From positions 2,893 to 66,892 of the forward strand of contig JBHELT010000020.1 of assembly GCA_046262935.1 (NCBI GenBank): a DNA stretch of 64,000 nucleotides, in the 5' to 3' direction. Made by a program: the position numbers and the translations under genes. Positions 17,084-26,561 of this stretch are shown here, in pieces. The notes beneath the pieces are model-generated. The model searched no databases and was not told where the DNA came from. It saw only the letters and a list, made by a program, of their open reading frames with translations. This stretch comes from Actinomycetota bacterium. GTDB taxonomy: Bacteria > Actinomycetota > CADDZG01 > JAHWKV01. The stretch's first letter is position 1. Each line of letters starts with the position of its first letter.

Positions 17084-17821
17084 ATGGCCGACGACACCGA
17101 TACGCGAACCGACAGCGCCGGATCTTTCGCGCGAAGTCTCTTCACTCCCCTTCCGAAGTTCTATGACTTGCTCGAAACGATCCTCTCGCTTGGTCAGAAC
17201 GCAAGATGGCGCGGCCGGATGATCGAGAAAGTTCTGCAGGTGCATCCATCTGTTGTGCTCGACGTTGCAACCGGTACCGCAGGGGTAGCGATTCAGTTGT
17301 GCGATGACGTGGAGCGCGTTGTCGGCATCGACATCACTCACGCGATGGTTGCGATAGGAAAGAAGCGCATCGCGGATAGAGGTCTTGCTGACCGTATATC
17401 TATATCGATCGGTGACGCGCAGCGATTGCCGTTTGAAGATGAGAGTTTCGACGCACTCACATTCACATATCTCTTACGTTACGTGCAGGACCCTGCGGCA
17501 ACGATCGCAGAGCTTGGCAGAGTAACCAAAGCTGGCGGGCGCATGGCGAGCCTCGAATTTTCAGTGCCGTCCAATATTTTTTGGCGCGCGCTGTGGTTCG
17601 TTCATACGCGACTCGTGTTACCACTCGCCGGGTTGCCATTCGGAAAGGGCTGGTTCGAGGTCGGACGCTTCCTGGGGCCGAACATCCAAGCTCACTACAA
17701 GCGATATCCGATCGATCAACATGTGCAAGATTGGCAGAGGGCTGGGTTCGATGAAGTTGGCATCGCTTCGATGAGTTTGGGTGGCGGGCTCGTGATGTGG
17801 GGAACCAAGAAGGGTGGATAA
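17084..17821 (+). CDS. Class I SAM-dependent methyltransferase (UbiE/MenG-like)
   Basis: ORF 16793-17821. Motif I VLDVATGTAGVAI is present, followed by VVGIDIT...RLPFEDESFDALTFTYLLRYV...GGRMASLEF. I prefer the in-frame ATG 17084 (MADDTDT...), because the longer version would span the intergenic region. Confidence 0.75.
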   Translation: MADDTDTRTDSAGSFARSLFTPLPKFYDLLETILSLGQNARWRGRMIEKVLQVHPSVVLDVATGTAGVAIQLCDDVERVVGIDITHAMVAIGKKRIADRGLADRISISIGDAQRLPFEDESFDALTFTYLLRYVQDPAATIAELGRVTKAGGRMASLEFSVPSNIFWRALWFVHTRLVLPLAGLPFGKGWFEVGRFLGPNIQAHYKRYPIDQHVQDWQRAGFDEVGIASMSLGGGLVMWGTKKGG

Positions 17822-18548
17822 CGAAGAGGTAAGACCGGCCTTCTATGCCGCTCGTCAGGGGACTGTGAGCGATTGGTGGACGCTGCTTCACCCTCCTTAC
17901 ACCGCCTGGCACCTTTCTTACGTGCTGATAGGGGCGGGTCTTGCCCCTCATATCGACCTTAGGAGGCTCGCGGCGACACTCGTTGCGTTCTTCCTTGCGG
18001 TCGGCATCAGCGCACATGCCCTCGATGAGCTGAACGGTCGCCCCCTCAAGACTCGGATCGGTGACAAGGGTTTGTGGATCGCATCGGTTGTCGGGCTTTT
18101 GGGGGCCATATCCCTTGGGGCATTGGGAGCCATACAAGTCAGCGTGTGGCTGCTGGCGTTCATCCCAGCGGGCGCCTTCCTTGTATTGGCTTACAACTTG
18201 GAATGGTTCGACGGACTTTTCCACTCCGACTTCGTCTTCGCCGCCGCCTGGGGAAGCTTCCCCGTTCTAACCGCGGCGTTCGCCCAGAAGGGATACGTCA
18301 CATTCGCTGAAGCGTTGGCGGCCGTGGCTGCCTTCGGTCTGTCGGCGGCGCAACGAACACTCAGTACACCCGCACGCTCGATGCGACGCCAGGTCATTCG
18401 TTTCGAAGCAACAGTCACTACTGCAGACGGTTCGCGTGCGTTCAGTCGCCAAGATCTCATCGAACCTTTGGAGCGCGCACTTAGGATCTTGTCCTGGACT
18501 GTGCTTGCCCTCGGCCTCAGCCTCGTCACATCGAAAGTCATGCGATGA
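17814..18548 (+). CDS. Integral membrane protein of unknown function, with about 6-7 predicted TM helices
   Basis: 244-aa ORF that overlaps the methyltransferase stop by 8 nt. It has successive hydrophobic stretches (LSYVLIGAGLA, LVAFFLAVGISAHAL, WIASVVGLLGAISLGALGAI, WLLAFIPAGAFLVLAY, FAAAWGSFPVLTAAFA...). I could not find a clear UbiA Asp-rich motif. Confidence 0.55.
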   Translation: MDNEEVRPAFYAARQGTVSDWWTLLHPPYTAWHLSYVLIGAGLAPHIDLRRLAATLVAFFLAVGISAHALDELNGRPLKTRIGDKGLWIASVVGLLGAISLGALGAIQVSVWLLAFIPAGAFLVLAYNLEWFDGLFHSDFVFAAAWGSFPVLTAAFAQKGYVTFAEALAAVAAFGLSAAQRTLSTPARSMRRQVIRFEATVTTADGSRAFSRQDLIEPLERALRILSWTVLALGLSLVTSKVMR

Positions 18549-18652
18549 ACGGCGCAACTCGTTCACTGCCAGACGTAGATCTATGCTGAGCGTTGCCGTT
18601 ACCTCACAATCCCCCGCTAACGTTCCGAGTCGCCAACGGATGGGAGTAGGAA

Positions 18653-19387
18653 GTGCATAGATTCGAAGGAGAAACGGTGGTTATAACCGGTGCGGCTTCA
18701 GGCATCGGGGCCGAGATGGCGAGGCTGTTCGCAGTTGAAGGAGCCTTCGTTGTTGGTGGCGACATCATGCCCGACGACATCCCTGGTGACGGTATGAAGG
18801 TGCGGGTGGATGTGTCGAACGAGGACGACGTTGCGGCGCTCATCCGGCAGGCCCAGGACAAAACCGGTCGCCTCGACATCCTCTGCAACAATGCGGGCAT
18901 CGGGTCCACCGCGGACCCCATATCTTGTTCGCTCGAGGAATGGGACCGAGTATTCTCGGTGAACGTTCGCGGCGTCTTCCTCGGAACAAAGTACGCGCTG
19001 CCCATCATGCTTGGGCAAGGAAGAGGAGCCATCATCAACACGGCATCGATCGCCGGCCTCGTTGGCCTAAGGGACCGCGCCGCGTATTGCGCAAGCAAAG
19101 GTGCGGTGGTCACTTTCACGAAACAGGTTGCGGTTCAATACGCAGGCACGGGAGTACGGTGCAACTGCGTCTGTCCGGGGACGGTCGACTCCCCCTGGGT
19201 CCAACGTTTGCTTGACGAAAGCGACGATCCGTCTGCCATGCGCGATGCGTTGGTCGCCCGCCAACCTGTTGGCAGGTTGGCTGAACCCCGGGAGATCGCG
19301 GCTGCCGCGCTTTACCTTGCCTCCAAAGACGCTGAGTTCATTACCGGTACGTCTCTTGTGATCGACGGAGGACTGCTTGCCGGTTGA
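18653..19387 (+). CDS. SDR-family oxidoreductase (classical short-chain dehydrogenase)
   Basis: Contains TGAASGIG (the Rossmann TGxxxGxG motif), NNAG and the catalytic YCASKGAV (YxxxK). GTG start is preceded by GGGAGTAGGAA. Confidence 0.85.
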   Translation: MHRFEGETVVITGAASGIGAEMARLFAVEGAFVVGGDIMPDDIPGDGMKVRVDVSNEDDVAALIRQAQDKTGRLDILCNNAGIGSTADPISCSLEEWDRVFSVNVRGVFLGTKYALPIMLGQGRGAIINTASIAGLVGLRDRAAYCASKGAVVTFTKQVAVQYAGTGVRCNCVCPGTVDSPWVQRLLDESDDPSAMRDALVARQPVGRLAEPREIAAAALYLASKDAEFITGTSLVIDGGLLAG

Positions 19388-19411
19388 CCTGGCCAAGACC
19401 ACATCCGAGCC

Positions 19412-21058
19412 ATGACGAAATTGCGAAAGCGGCTTTGGGTCGACGAGGCTTCGGTCCCCATGCGCGACGGGACATCGCTCTTCGCAGACGTGTGCGTTCC
19501 CGATGACGGCAAGCGGCATCCTGTCTTCTTTATCAGGACCCCTTATTCGCGATCAGCATCAAGGGCTGTTTGGGATCCGGTGATACTCGCAGCCAATGGC
19601 TGGGCGGTCGTATCCCAAGACGTCAGGGGCTGCTTCTCGTCGGAGGGAACATTCCAACCATTCCACCAAGAGATCGGCGACGGTTACGACTCGGTGAAAT
19701 GGTGCGCTTCGCAGCCTTGGAGTAACGGCAACGTCATAACGGCCGGTTGGTCTTACCCAGGAGCGGCGGCGCTTTTAGCCGCCGTTGGCAAACCCAAAGC
19801 ATTGAGAGCGGTTGGAGCAGCGATCACAGGGTCCGATTACGCCGAAGACTGGTTCTGGGAGAGGGGCGTCTTGAAGCAGGGATTCGCCCAAGCTTGGGCT
19901 ACCAACCTCGCTGCGGGGATGCCATGGCGATCCATGCAACATCGATTGAAAGCTCTTGGCATGACCGATAACTGGCGAGCCTTGTACGACAAACCCCTCG
20001 GAACATCATCGGTGGGTGAGATGTTCGAGCCATACCTTAGATGGATGGACCCACATGACAAGTCGTACTGGCACCCCATCCGGCTAACGAGGCATCATCG
20101 AAAGATGGATGTTGCCGGTTTTCACGTGGCCGGTTGGTACGACATCTTTTGCGAGGGAAGCATCGCGAACTACCTGGGTCTCAAGAACAAAGCTCCAACA
20201 GGATACGCGCGCGATTCACAACGGTTGATCATCGGTCCCTGGACCCACGACGCGCTCTACATGCGGAATGTGGGACAGGCCGACCTCGGTATCCATGCTT
20301 TGGGCATCGACGTCCCCGACAAGATGCAGGCCTGGCTCAAGCGAGCGGCCGAAGGCAAGCCAGTGAAGAGTGGAGTTCGAGCTTTCATGCTGGGCACCAA
20401 CATATGGAGGGAGTTCAACCAGTGGCCGCCGCCGAGCAAGCCGATCGCCTTGTATCTCGGATCGCGCCTCGGTGCCAACTCGCTGAACGGCGATGGTGCT
20501 CTTTCCCGTCATGTGCCCACGGCGAGCGAAGATCATTTCATCTATGACCCTTTCGACCCAGTTCCGACTTTGGGAGGACGGGGCCTGGATCCGGTCATTC
20601 AGATGTCCGGCGCGTTCGATCAATGGAGCGTCGAGTCACGCGATGACGTTCTCGTCTATACAGGTGATCGGTTAGAACGCGATTTGATCGTCGCAGGAGA
20701 AGTGATCGCATCGATAACGTTCGCAACCACAGGACAGTCGGCAGACATCACGGCGAAACTCGTTGATGTGTACCCCGACGGCAGCACACTGAATGTATTG
20801 GACTCGGTGCAACGGGCCACGTTCAAACCAGGCAAGCCGAGGACCGTAGAAGTGAAACTTGGGAACATCGCCGCGGTCTTCGTTGCTGGCCATCGCGTCC
20901 GGCTGCAGGTCTCGTCTTCGAACTTCCCAAGACTCGACCGCAATCCTTCAACCGGGGTGCCTTCTCCTGCCGCCACCGCCTTGAAAGGAGCCAGCCAAAC
21001 CGTCTTCGTCGGCGGGATCAAGCCATCCTTGATCAGTCTGCCCGTCCTCGCCCGTTAG
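19412..21058 (+). CDS. CocE/NonD-family (S15 X-Pro dipeptidyl-peptidase-like) hydrolase
   Basis: 548 aa. N-terminus reads [32 protein letters not shown]...[11 protein letters not shown], followed by GWSYPG. The C-terminal beta-sandwich reads [24 protein letters not shown]. Confidence 0.75.
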   Translation: MTKLRKRLWVDEASVPMRDGTSLFADVCVPDDGKRHPVFFIRTPYSRSASRAVWDPVILAANGWAVVSQDVRGCFSSEGTFQPFHQEIGDGYDSVKWCASQPWSNGNVITAGWSYPGAAALLAAVGKPKALRAVGAAITGSDYAEDWFWERGVLKQGFAQAWATNLAAGMPWRSMQHRLKALGMTDNWRALYDKPLGTSSVGEMFEPYLRWMDPHDKSYWHPIRLTRHHRKMDVAGFHVAGWYDIFCEGSIANYLGLKNKAPTGYARDSQRLIIGPWTHDALYMRNVGQADLGIHALGIDVPDKMQAWLKRAAEGKPVKSGVRAFMLGTNIWREFNQWPPPSKPIALYLGSRLGANSLNGDGALSRHVPTASEDHFIYDPFDPVPTLGGRGLDPVIQMSGAFDQWSVESRDDVLVYTGDRLERDLIVAGEVIASITFATTGQSADITAKLVDVYPDGSTLNVLDSVQRATFKPGKPRTVEVKLGNIAAVFVAGHRVRLQVSSSNFPRLDRNPSTGVPSPAATALKGASQTVFVGGIKPSLISLPVLAR

Positions 21059-22296
21059 ACGCGGGGAGTTGCATAACGCTGACCGGGAACCAGTGCCCAC
21101 CAATCTGGACGGCCCGGATCACGATCGTAGGGGTAACCGCCAAGTTCCTTGAACAGCTCGGAGTACCGGGCGAATCTCTCAGGATCAAGGCGAACCCCTA
21201 GACCGGGGCCCTCGGGAACCGAGATGTTTCCGTTCTCGTACTTCATCAACCCGCCCTCGATGACATCGTCAGTGAGGTGGTGATAATGCGCGTCCGCCGC
21301 GAACCTAAGATTGGGAAGCAATGCCCCGAGGTGAAGCATGGTCGCTAATTGGATCCCCAGTTCCCCGCTTGAGTGCACCGCGACACCCCACTGGAACGTC
21401 TCGCAAACTTGCCCGGCCTTCAGGGCTTGCCGGAGGCCTCCCCAAAAGGTGGTGTCCAGCAAGATCACATCGATCGCTTCTGTCCTTATGCACTGAGCGA
21501 GCTGTTCGAAGTTCACGACCACCGTATTAGTGGCAGTTGGTATCGAGATGCGGTCCCTCACGCGGCGCATGCCCTCCATCCCAAAGACGGGATCTTCGAG
21601 ATAGTCGTTTCGCAGATCTGCGATCCTTTGCGCAACCCATATCGACTCTTCCACCGTCCACATCGCATTCGGATCGAGTCGAACGTGATCGTCGGGGAAT
21701 GCTTCCGCCACTGCCCTGAAAACATCGACATCGTGTTCAGGCGGGAAGTAGCCACCCTTTAACTTATGTGTGGAAAATCCGTGTTTGATGACCAATTCCT
21801 TGGCGTGCGTGACCATCTCTTCAGGGGTTTCTTCCCCACCCACACCCGTCTGCTCGTTGGGATATCGAAAGAATAAGTACGAGGCGAAAGGGACCGACTC
21901 TCTGAGGGCTCCCCCCAATAGATCGCAAACCCTCATGCCAAGGGAAAGCCCCATGAGGTCTAGGCATGCGAACTCGAGAGCAGCATGCAACTGCATCCGG
22001 TTGTTATACAAAGATGCAGTTGGGTTCATGAGTTTCCAACGCAACGCTTCAAGGTCGAATGGATCGTGCCCTATCACGTATTCCTTGAGTCCTTTGAATG
22101 CGATCTCTGCCGACTCTCCGCCGCCTCCCATCTCGCCGAGTCCAACTAAGCCCTCAGACGTTTCTACCTCGACGATGGTTCTTACGAACCTGCCCCAATG
22201 TGCTCCGGTCGCATGGCGAAGAGGCGCCTCGAGCGGAACCGTGACCGGCGTTGCCCTAACATCGGTTATGACACCTGCGGGACTCTTCTTCATCAA
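21055..22296 (-). CDS. Enolase-superfamily acid-sugar dehydratase (glucarate-dehydratase-like / mandelate racemase family)
   Basis: 413 aa. Motifs seen: [17 protein letters not shown] (KxK), [15 protein letters not shown] and [10 protein letters not shown]. Their order matches glucarate-dehydratase-type family members. Confidence 0.7.
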   Translation of the reverse strand: MMKKSPAGVITDVRATPVTVPLEAPLRHATGAHWGRFVRTIVEVETSEGLVGLGEMGGGGESAEIAFKGLKEYVIGHDPFDLEALRWKLMNPTASLYNNRMQLHAALEFACLDLMGLSLGMRVCDLLGGALRESVPFASYLFFRYPNEQTGVGGEETPEEMVTHAKELVIKHGFSTHKLKGGYFPPEHDVDVFRAVAEAFPDDHVRLDPNAMWTVEESIWVAQRIADLRNDYLEDPVFGMEGMRRVRDRISIPTATNTVVVNFEQLAQCIRTEAIDVILLDTTFWGGLRQALKAGQVCETFQWGVAVHSSGELGIQLATMLHLGALLPNLRFAADAHYHHLTDDVIEGGLMKYENGNISVPEGPGLGVRLDPERFARYSELFKELGGYPYDRDPGRPDWWALVPGQRYATPRV

Positions 22297-23099
22297 GTCC
22301 CTCCGATCGTCGAAAGAAGTCCACCGTCAACTAACAACGATGCCCCCGTGATGAAGGAAGAATGAGGACCGGCAAGGAATGCAACCGCTTGACCAACTTC
22401 GGACGGGGCGGCGACGCGCCCCATCGGATGCATGTGACCCCATCTTTCGATCGCCTTGTCGGGATCGTCGGCGAACAAAGCTGCTGCGTCTCTCAGCATC
22501 GGAGTATCGACTGAACCCGGCAGGATGGCGTTCACTCTGATGTCGGGTGCATGGTCAACTGCCATCGCGCGCGTAAGAGCTACGACCCCTCCCTTACTGG
22601 CCGCATATGCCGCGACGCCTCGCTGGGCGGCTAGAGCTTGCACAGAGGCGATGTTCACGATCGATCCGCCCCCTGCCGCCATGATGGCGGGGACCGCGTA
22701 CTTCGACATCAGGAATATCCCTTTGAGATTCACGCCAAGGACTTCGTCCCACTGTTCCTCAGGCGCTTCGACGACGCTTCCGTATCGTTGTATCCCGGCG
22801 CTGTTGACCAAGATGGAAACCTGGCCCAGTTTCTTGACCGCGCTGGCAACCATGCGTTTAGCATCAGCAGAAGAAGAGACATCGCCTTTGACAAAGACCA
22901 CTGGCGCAGTAGAACCGGCTAACCCTTTAACAGCGGCCCTGCCAGCCTTGTCGTCAGAGTCGCAGATGGCGACGCTCGCCCCCTCCGAAGCTAAGGCATG
23001 AGCTGCGGCAAGACCGATACCCTTCCCGGCCCCGGTAACTATCGCGACCCGGCCTTTCAATGCACCCTCGTTTCGCGGGCGACTCGCCGCTGCACTCAT
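22293..23099 (-). CDS. SDR-family oxidoreductase (candidate sugar 1-dehydrogenase)
   Basis: Contains [13 protein letters not shown] and YAASKGGV. It has a 4-nt overlap with both neighbours. Confidence 0.8.
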   Translation of the reverse strand: MSAAASRPRNEGALKGRVAIVTGAGKGIGLAAAHALASEGASVAICDSDDKAGRAAVKGLAGSTAPVVFVKGDVSSSADAKRMVASAVKKLGQVSILVNSAGIQRYGSVVEAPEEQWDEVLGVNLKGIFLMSKYAVPAIMAAGGGSIVNIASVQALAAQRGVAAYAASKGGVVALTRAMAVDHAPDIRVNAILPGSVDTPMLRDAAALFADDPDKAIERWGHMHPMGRVAAPSEVGQAVAFLAGPHSSFITGASLLVDGGLLSTIGGT

Positions 23100-23962
23100 A
23101 TCTTTGGGTACCGAAGGGCAAGGCCTTCAACGCCCCAATCGCACACCGACAAGTGCCACCTGCCGAGGTTGCCGGTGACGAACCTTCTTCGATCGTCCCC
23201 GATGAAAACACCGTTAGTTGGGGCGGAAAGAAGGGTTCCCTCCGCATCTTCGGCAACGATCTCGACCTCGCCGACCGCGGATACTCGATAGATGCGATCC
23301 GGACGGTAGCAGCAAACATAGGCGTTGCCGTTGACGTCAAGAGCAATTCCGTCGGGGACCGAGCCGGGCAATTCGGCGATCACCTCACGCTCTCCCGCGG
23401 ACCCATCTTGCTGGATCGGGATGCGAACCAACCCAGGAGTGCAAGATTCCAAAACCAACAGACTCTTTCCGTCCACAGACAAACACGATCCATTCGGAAA
23501 GTTGGTGGAAGCCTCGCTCCAAACGCTTGTAGTTCCCGCTGCGTCGATCCGGAAGATGCAACCGTCATCGCCCTTCCAGGTCCCCGAGTCCGTGACATAC
23601 AAGTTGCCAGTTTCGTCGAAAGCAGGCCAATTCGGATTCACCATCTTGCGATCGTTGGTGCCGGACGAATAGACCTCGACACTGCCGCTTTCGGGATCGA
23701 CCTTGAGCATCTGGCGACGGCCGACGTCACAGCAATAAAGAATGCCACCGGCGTCCGCGCAGAGACCAAGCATGAAGCCTCCCGTTGAGGCGACTTGGGC
23801 AACGTTGGGTTCATCGACATCGATCCGATACACCTGACCGGCTTCCCCCCCTGCGAACAATCTGCCAGAAGCATCAACACAAACACCTTCTGGGTGATCG
23901 AGTCCTTCCACTAGAACGCTGAATCGGTTTGCATCGACCATGGCAGCATCATATGAGGTCAT
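23096..23962 (-). CDS. SMP-30/gluconolactonase/LRE-family beta-propeller (candidate lactonase)
   Basis: 288 aa. Contains LDHPEGVCVDASGRLFAGGEAGQVYRID plus repeated hydrophobic-strand/Asp-Gly blades (PNWPAFDETGNLYVTD, PDGIALDVNGNAYV). Confidence 0.65.
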   Translation of the reverse strand: MTSYDAAMVDANRFSVLVEGLDHPEGVCVDASGRLFAGGEAGQVYRIDVDEPNVAQVASTGGFMLGLCADAGGILYCCDVGRRQMLKVDPESGSVEVYSSGTNDRKMVNPNWPAFDETGNLYVTDSGTWKGDDGCIFRIDAAGTTSVWSEASTNFPNGSCLSVDGKSLLVLESCTPGLVRIPIQQDGSAGEREVIAELPGSVPDGIALDVNGNAYVCCYRPDRIYRVSAVGEVEIVAEDAEGTLLSAPTNGVFIGDDRRRFVTGNLGRWHLSVCDWGVEGLALRYPKI

Positions 23963-25581
23963 TTCAAAAATGCCTCTCTGAGGTTTGGCATTGCGGAGAA
24001 GGAAGAGAACGGCTTACCTCTCGCGAAATCAACGTTTGCAGAAAACGTGAAACCTCTGCGGTCGAATACCAAAGGCGTCATCGGCATCTGGTCGCAAACT
24101 ATCGTTTCGGCCCGCGCGTAGTCGAGCCGCCTGTCGGCGTCGTCGGCATCTTTGCGAGCGGTAAGGATGGCTTCATCGAGGTCGCGCGAACTGAAACGAC
24201 TCAGGTTGTCGCGACCGATGGAATCGCTATGGAACAAGGGGAAGATGACTGCATCGGCGCTGGGATACCTGGGGGACCACGCGTATCTGAAGACGCCGTC
24301 GAATCCCGAGCCCTTCGTTCCTTTCGCCAGGTAGTCCTCCCATTGCATCGGCATCATCGCTGGTTCGATACCGAACGCGGCTTGAAGCTGGGTCGCGATC
24401 GAATCCATCAGCTGGGAGTTAGCGAACTCGTCGTTGTAATAGAACTTGACCTTGACTCCCGAAAGAGACACCTTCGCCTTGGAAAGCAACAAACGAGCCT
24501 GTTCGAGATTTGGTTTTGCTCCGACATCTGCCGCGCATCTTCGCGACGTTGCGCTCTCGATCGAGGCAGGTATGAAACGATCGGCGGGTACCCTCTTGTG
24601 CTGGTAGACATTCGAGGCCACCGCCTCCCGATCGATCGCCAGGCTGATCGCCCGCCTCACCGTGGGTTCGTCGAATGGGGGAAGTGAGGTTGGAAAACCG
24701 AGTAACTCAACTTGAGTCGTCAGCGCCATCGGCCCGCCCTGGCCTGAAACAACCTGGGCGATGGACACATCAGCTGGTATGGGTCCTCCAGCAGACGTGA
24801 GTTCGAAGATCACGCCACTCGCGTATCCGTCTCCACCAGAAACGAATGCAGCATTCTTGCCGTAATAGGAACCGAAGCGATCGAGAGTTATCGTGTTGCC
24901 GGTGAATGCGGATCTCAGTTTGTATGGTCCGGCACAGACAGGTTTCGCTTCGAAAGCATGCGGATCTCTTTCGACCTCCTCATGCGGCACGGGTGACAAA
25001 GCCGGATCGGCAAGGGCTCTATAGAAGTCTGCGAACGGGCGGTCGAGGTCGATCTCAACTGAATGGTCATCTACGATCTTCACTCCCGACAGACGCTGCC
25101 TCAGATGGTCGTCCCTGGTCTGAAGATCGCCGTGGACGAAAGGAAAGCCAACAACGTTCCTCAGCAGATCCGAAGCCAAAGACGCGAACTCTAGCGACGC
25201 CACCCTCGACAGCGTGTAACCGATGTCGTCGGCTACAAGCTGTCTTCCATTCTGGAACATGACGTTCTTCCTGATCTTCACAAAGAGCTTCCTGCCGTTA
25301 TCGGTGACGGTCCAACCTTCTGCGATCGCCGGCCGTGGCCTTCCGCTTACCGGGTCGAGCATGATCAATTGATCGCACATCATCGATGCGACAAGCTGGC
25401 CGTTTGGCTCGTGGACGCTGCCGGGATCGATGCCGTCGGGCTGACCAATCGCTACCGTGAGGACCCCTCCGCGATGTGTTTGCTTGGTGGCATCTGGTGA
25501 GATGACTGCCTTGTCGGCTGTGCGCGTGCAACCCACGAAGGGCAGGAATGCCAGGAAGGCAAAACAGATGCTACGGATCAT
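23959..25581 (-). CDS. Family-5 (DppA/OppA-type) ABC substrate-binding lipoprotein, with no cognate permease or ATPase genes nearby
   Basis: The ORF is listed from 25797. I prefer ATG 25581 (MIRSICFAFLAFLPFVGC, which carries a lipobox), because it forms an ATGA overlap with the upstream stop. SBP_bac_5-like core: GGVLTVAIGQPDGIDPG...AEGWTVTDNGRKLFVKIRKNVMFQNG. Confidence 0.7.
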   Translation of the reverse strand: MIRSICFAFLAFLPFVGCTRTADKAVISPDATKQTHRGGVLTVAIGQPDGIDPGSVHEPNGQLVASMMCDQLIMLDPVSGRPRPAIAEGWTVTDNGRKLFVKIRKNVMFQNGRQLVADDIGYTLSRVASLEFASLASDLLRNVVGFPFVHGDLQTRDDHLRQRLSGVKIVDDHSVEIDLDRPFADFYRALADPALSPVPHEEVERDPHAFEAKPVCAGPYKLRSAFTGNTITLDRFGSYYGKNAAFVSGGDGYASGVIFELTSAGGPIPADVSIAQVVSGQGGPMALTTQVELLGFPTSLPPFDEPTVRRAISLAIDREAVASNVYQHKRVPADRFIPASIESATSRRCAADVGAKPNLEQARLLLSKAKVSLSGVKVKFYYNDEFANSQLMDSIATQLQAAFGIEPAMMPMQWEDYLAKGTKGSGFDGVFRYAWSPRYPSADAVIFPLFHSDSIGRDNLSRFSSRDLDEAILTARKDADDADRRLDYARAETIVCDQMPMTPLVFDRRGFTFSANVDFARGKPFSSFSAMPNLREAFLK

Positions 25582-26561
25582 CCCGGCTCTTTCGGAAGAA
25601 CATCGATCGTTGAGATGTTGTTGATGGTCACAGAGTCCAAACCATCGGTTCCCGAGAATCGCAGATCGTCCTTCACAACAAGGGCCCCATACTCGGTCGC
25701 CAAGAAATAGTGACCGGTGAATTGCAGGTCCTTTCCGGGTCCCACGATCTGGCCGGTCGTAACCTCTATGTCCCATGCGTCGAGATGGTGGCCGCATGCA
25801 TCGATCAAGCTCTTGCCGTCAACCTGGGCCTCCAGGACCATTGAGGTACCTTGTGATGCATCGCTGCCGCTAGATCTGTATTTCCGGCCGACCAAAGAAT
25901 TGGTCTCATCCTCAAGGTTCGTGCCGAACTCGCGTGCAGGGAAAGGCATCAGCGTGATCGGTGGACTTGGGGTGAAGCTATCGAAGCCGTTCTCTCTTGG
26001 AGTCACAACTTGAGTCATGAACACTCCCCTGTTAACGCTATCTGGGTTATTCGTGACGTGATAACTCGTTGTCGTTTCGGTGCCCCCCAGACCGATCGAA
26101 ACCATGAAGTCGTAATCACCATTAGACGCAGGTACTACATCGTGCACACGCCGCGTTATCTGCGGAGGGTAATCACTTGTGCCTTTACCTTGGGTCCTAA
26201 AGAATCCAGAGTTGCGATATGGATACACGGCGTCTAACGGGGGCTTCTTGGCCGAGTCGAAGGCCACCAGTTCTGCGGGAGCCTGTGGATCGGCGACCGG
26301 GCAAGCAGGAGGTGGCGCAGGGGGAACGAACCCTGTACCAAACCGTGGTATCGCAGGCTCGATGAAGCCGGGAAAACCAAGGGGACTCAGGTTGATATTG
26401 CTGGGTCCCAATGGTGGCTCTGCCTTGTTCTGCTCGCCCAGAACGATGTCGACGGCGACCTCTTTGGTGCCGATCTCAACCGGGATGTGAGGGCCACACG
26501 CTGACAGGCCCACGAGCGAGCACAGCATCGCAATACCCAGGAAGGGTCGGGGTTTGTTCAT
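25578..26561 (-). CDS. Lipoprotein of unknown function
   Basis: Starts MNKPRPFLGIAMLCSLVGLSAC (signal peptide plus lipobox) followed by a Pro-rich linker. I recognise no domain. It has 4-nt overlaps at both ends. Confidence 0.6.
   Translation of the reverse strand: MNKPRPFLGIAMLCSLVGLSACGPHIPVEIGTKEVAVDIVLGEQNKAEPPLGPSNINLSPLGFPGFIEPAIPRFGTGFVPPAPPPACPVADPQAPAELVAFDSAKKPPLDAVYPYRNSGFFRTQGKGTSDYPPQITRRVHDVVPASNGDYDFMVSIGLGGTETTTSYHVTNNPDSVNRGVFMTQVVTPRENGFDSFTPSPPITLMPFPAREFGTNLEDETNSLVGRKYRSSGSDASQGTSMVLEAQVDGKSLIDACGHHLDAWDIEVTTGQIVGPGKDLQFTGHYFLATEYGALVVKDDLRFSGTDGLDSVTINNISTIDVLPKEPG

Noticed and set aside
17463-18224. 253-aa minus-strand ORF.
   Set aside because: It is antisense to two well-supported plus-strand genes, the methyltransferase and the membrane protein. 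Its composition is Arg/Pro-rich, as is typical of shadow ORFs in GC-rich DNA.
23060-24687. Plus-strand ORFs 23060-23788 (242 aa) and 23929-24687 (252 aa).
   Set aside because: They are antisense to the lactonase-like gene and the family-5 binding-protein gene, both of which have clear family motifs. They have no motifs of their own.
25582-25797. Longer start (25797) for the family-5 binding protein.
   Set aside because: The extra 72 aa are Arg/Gly-rich and overlap the upstream lipoprotein gene. ATG 25581 gives a textbook lipoprotein signal and an ATGA overlap with the upstream stop.
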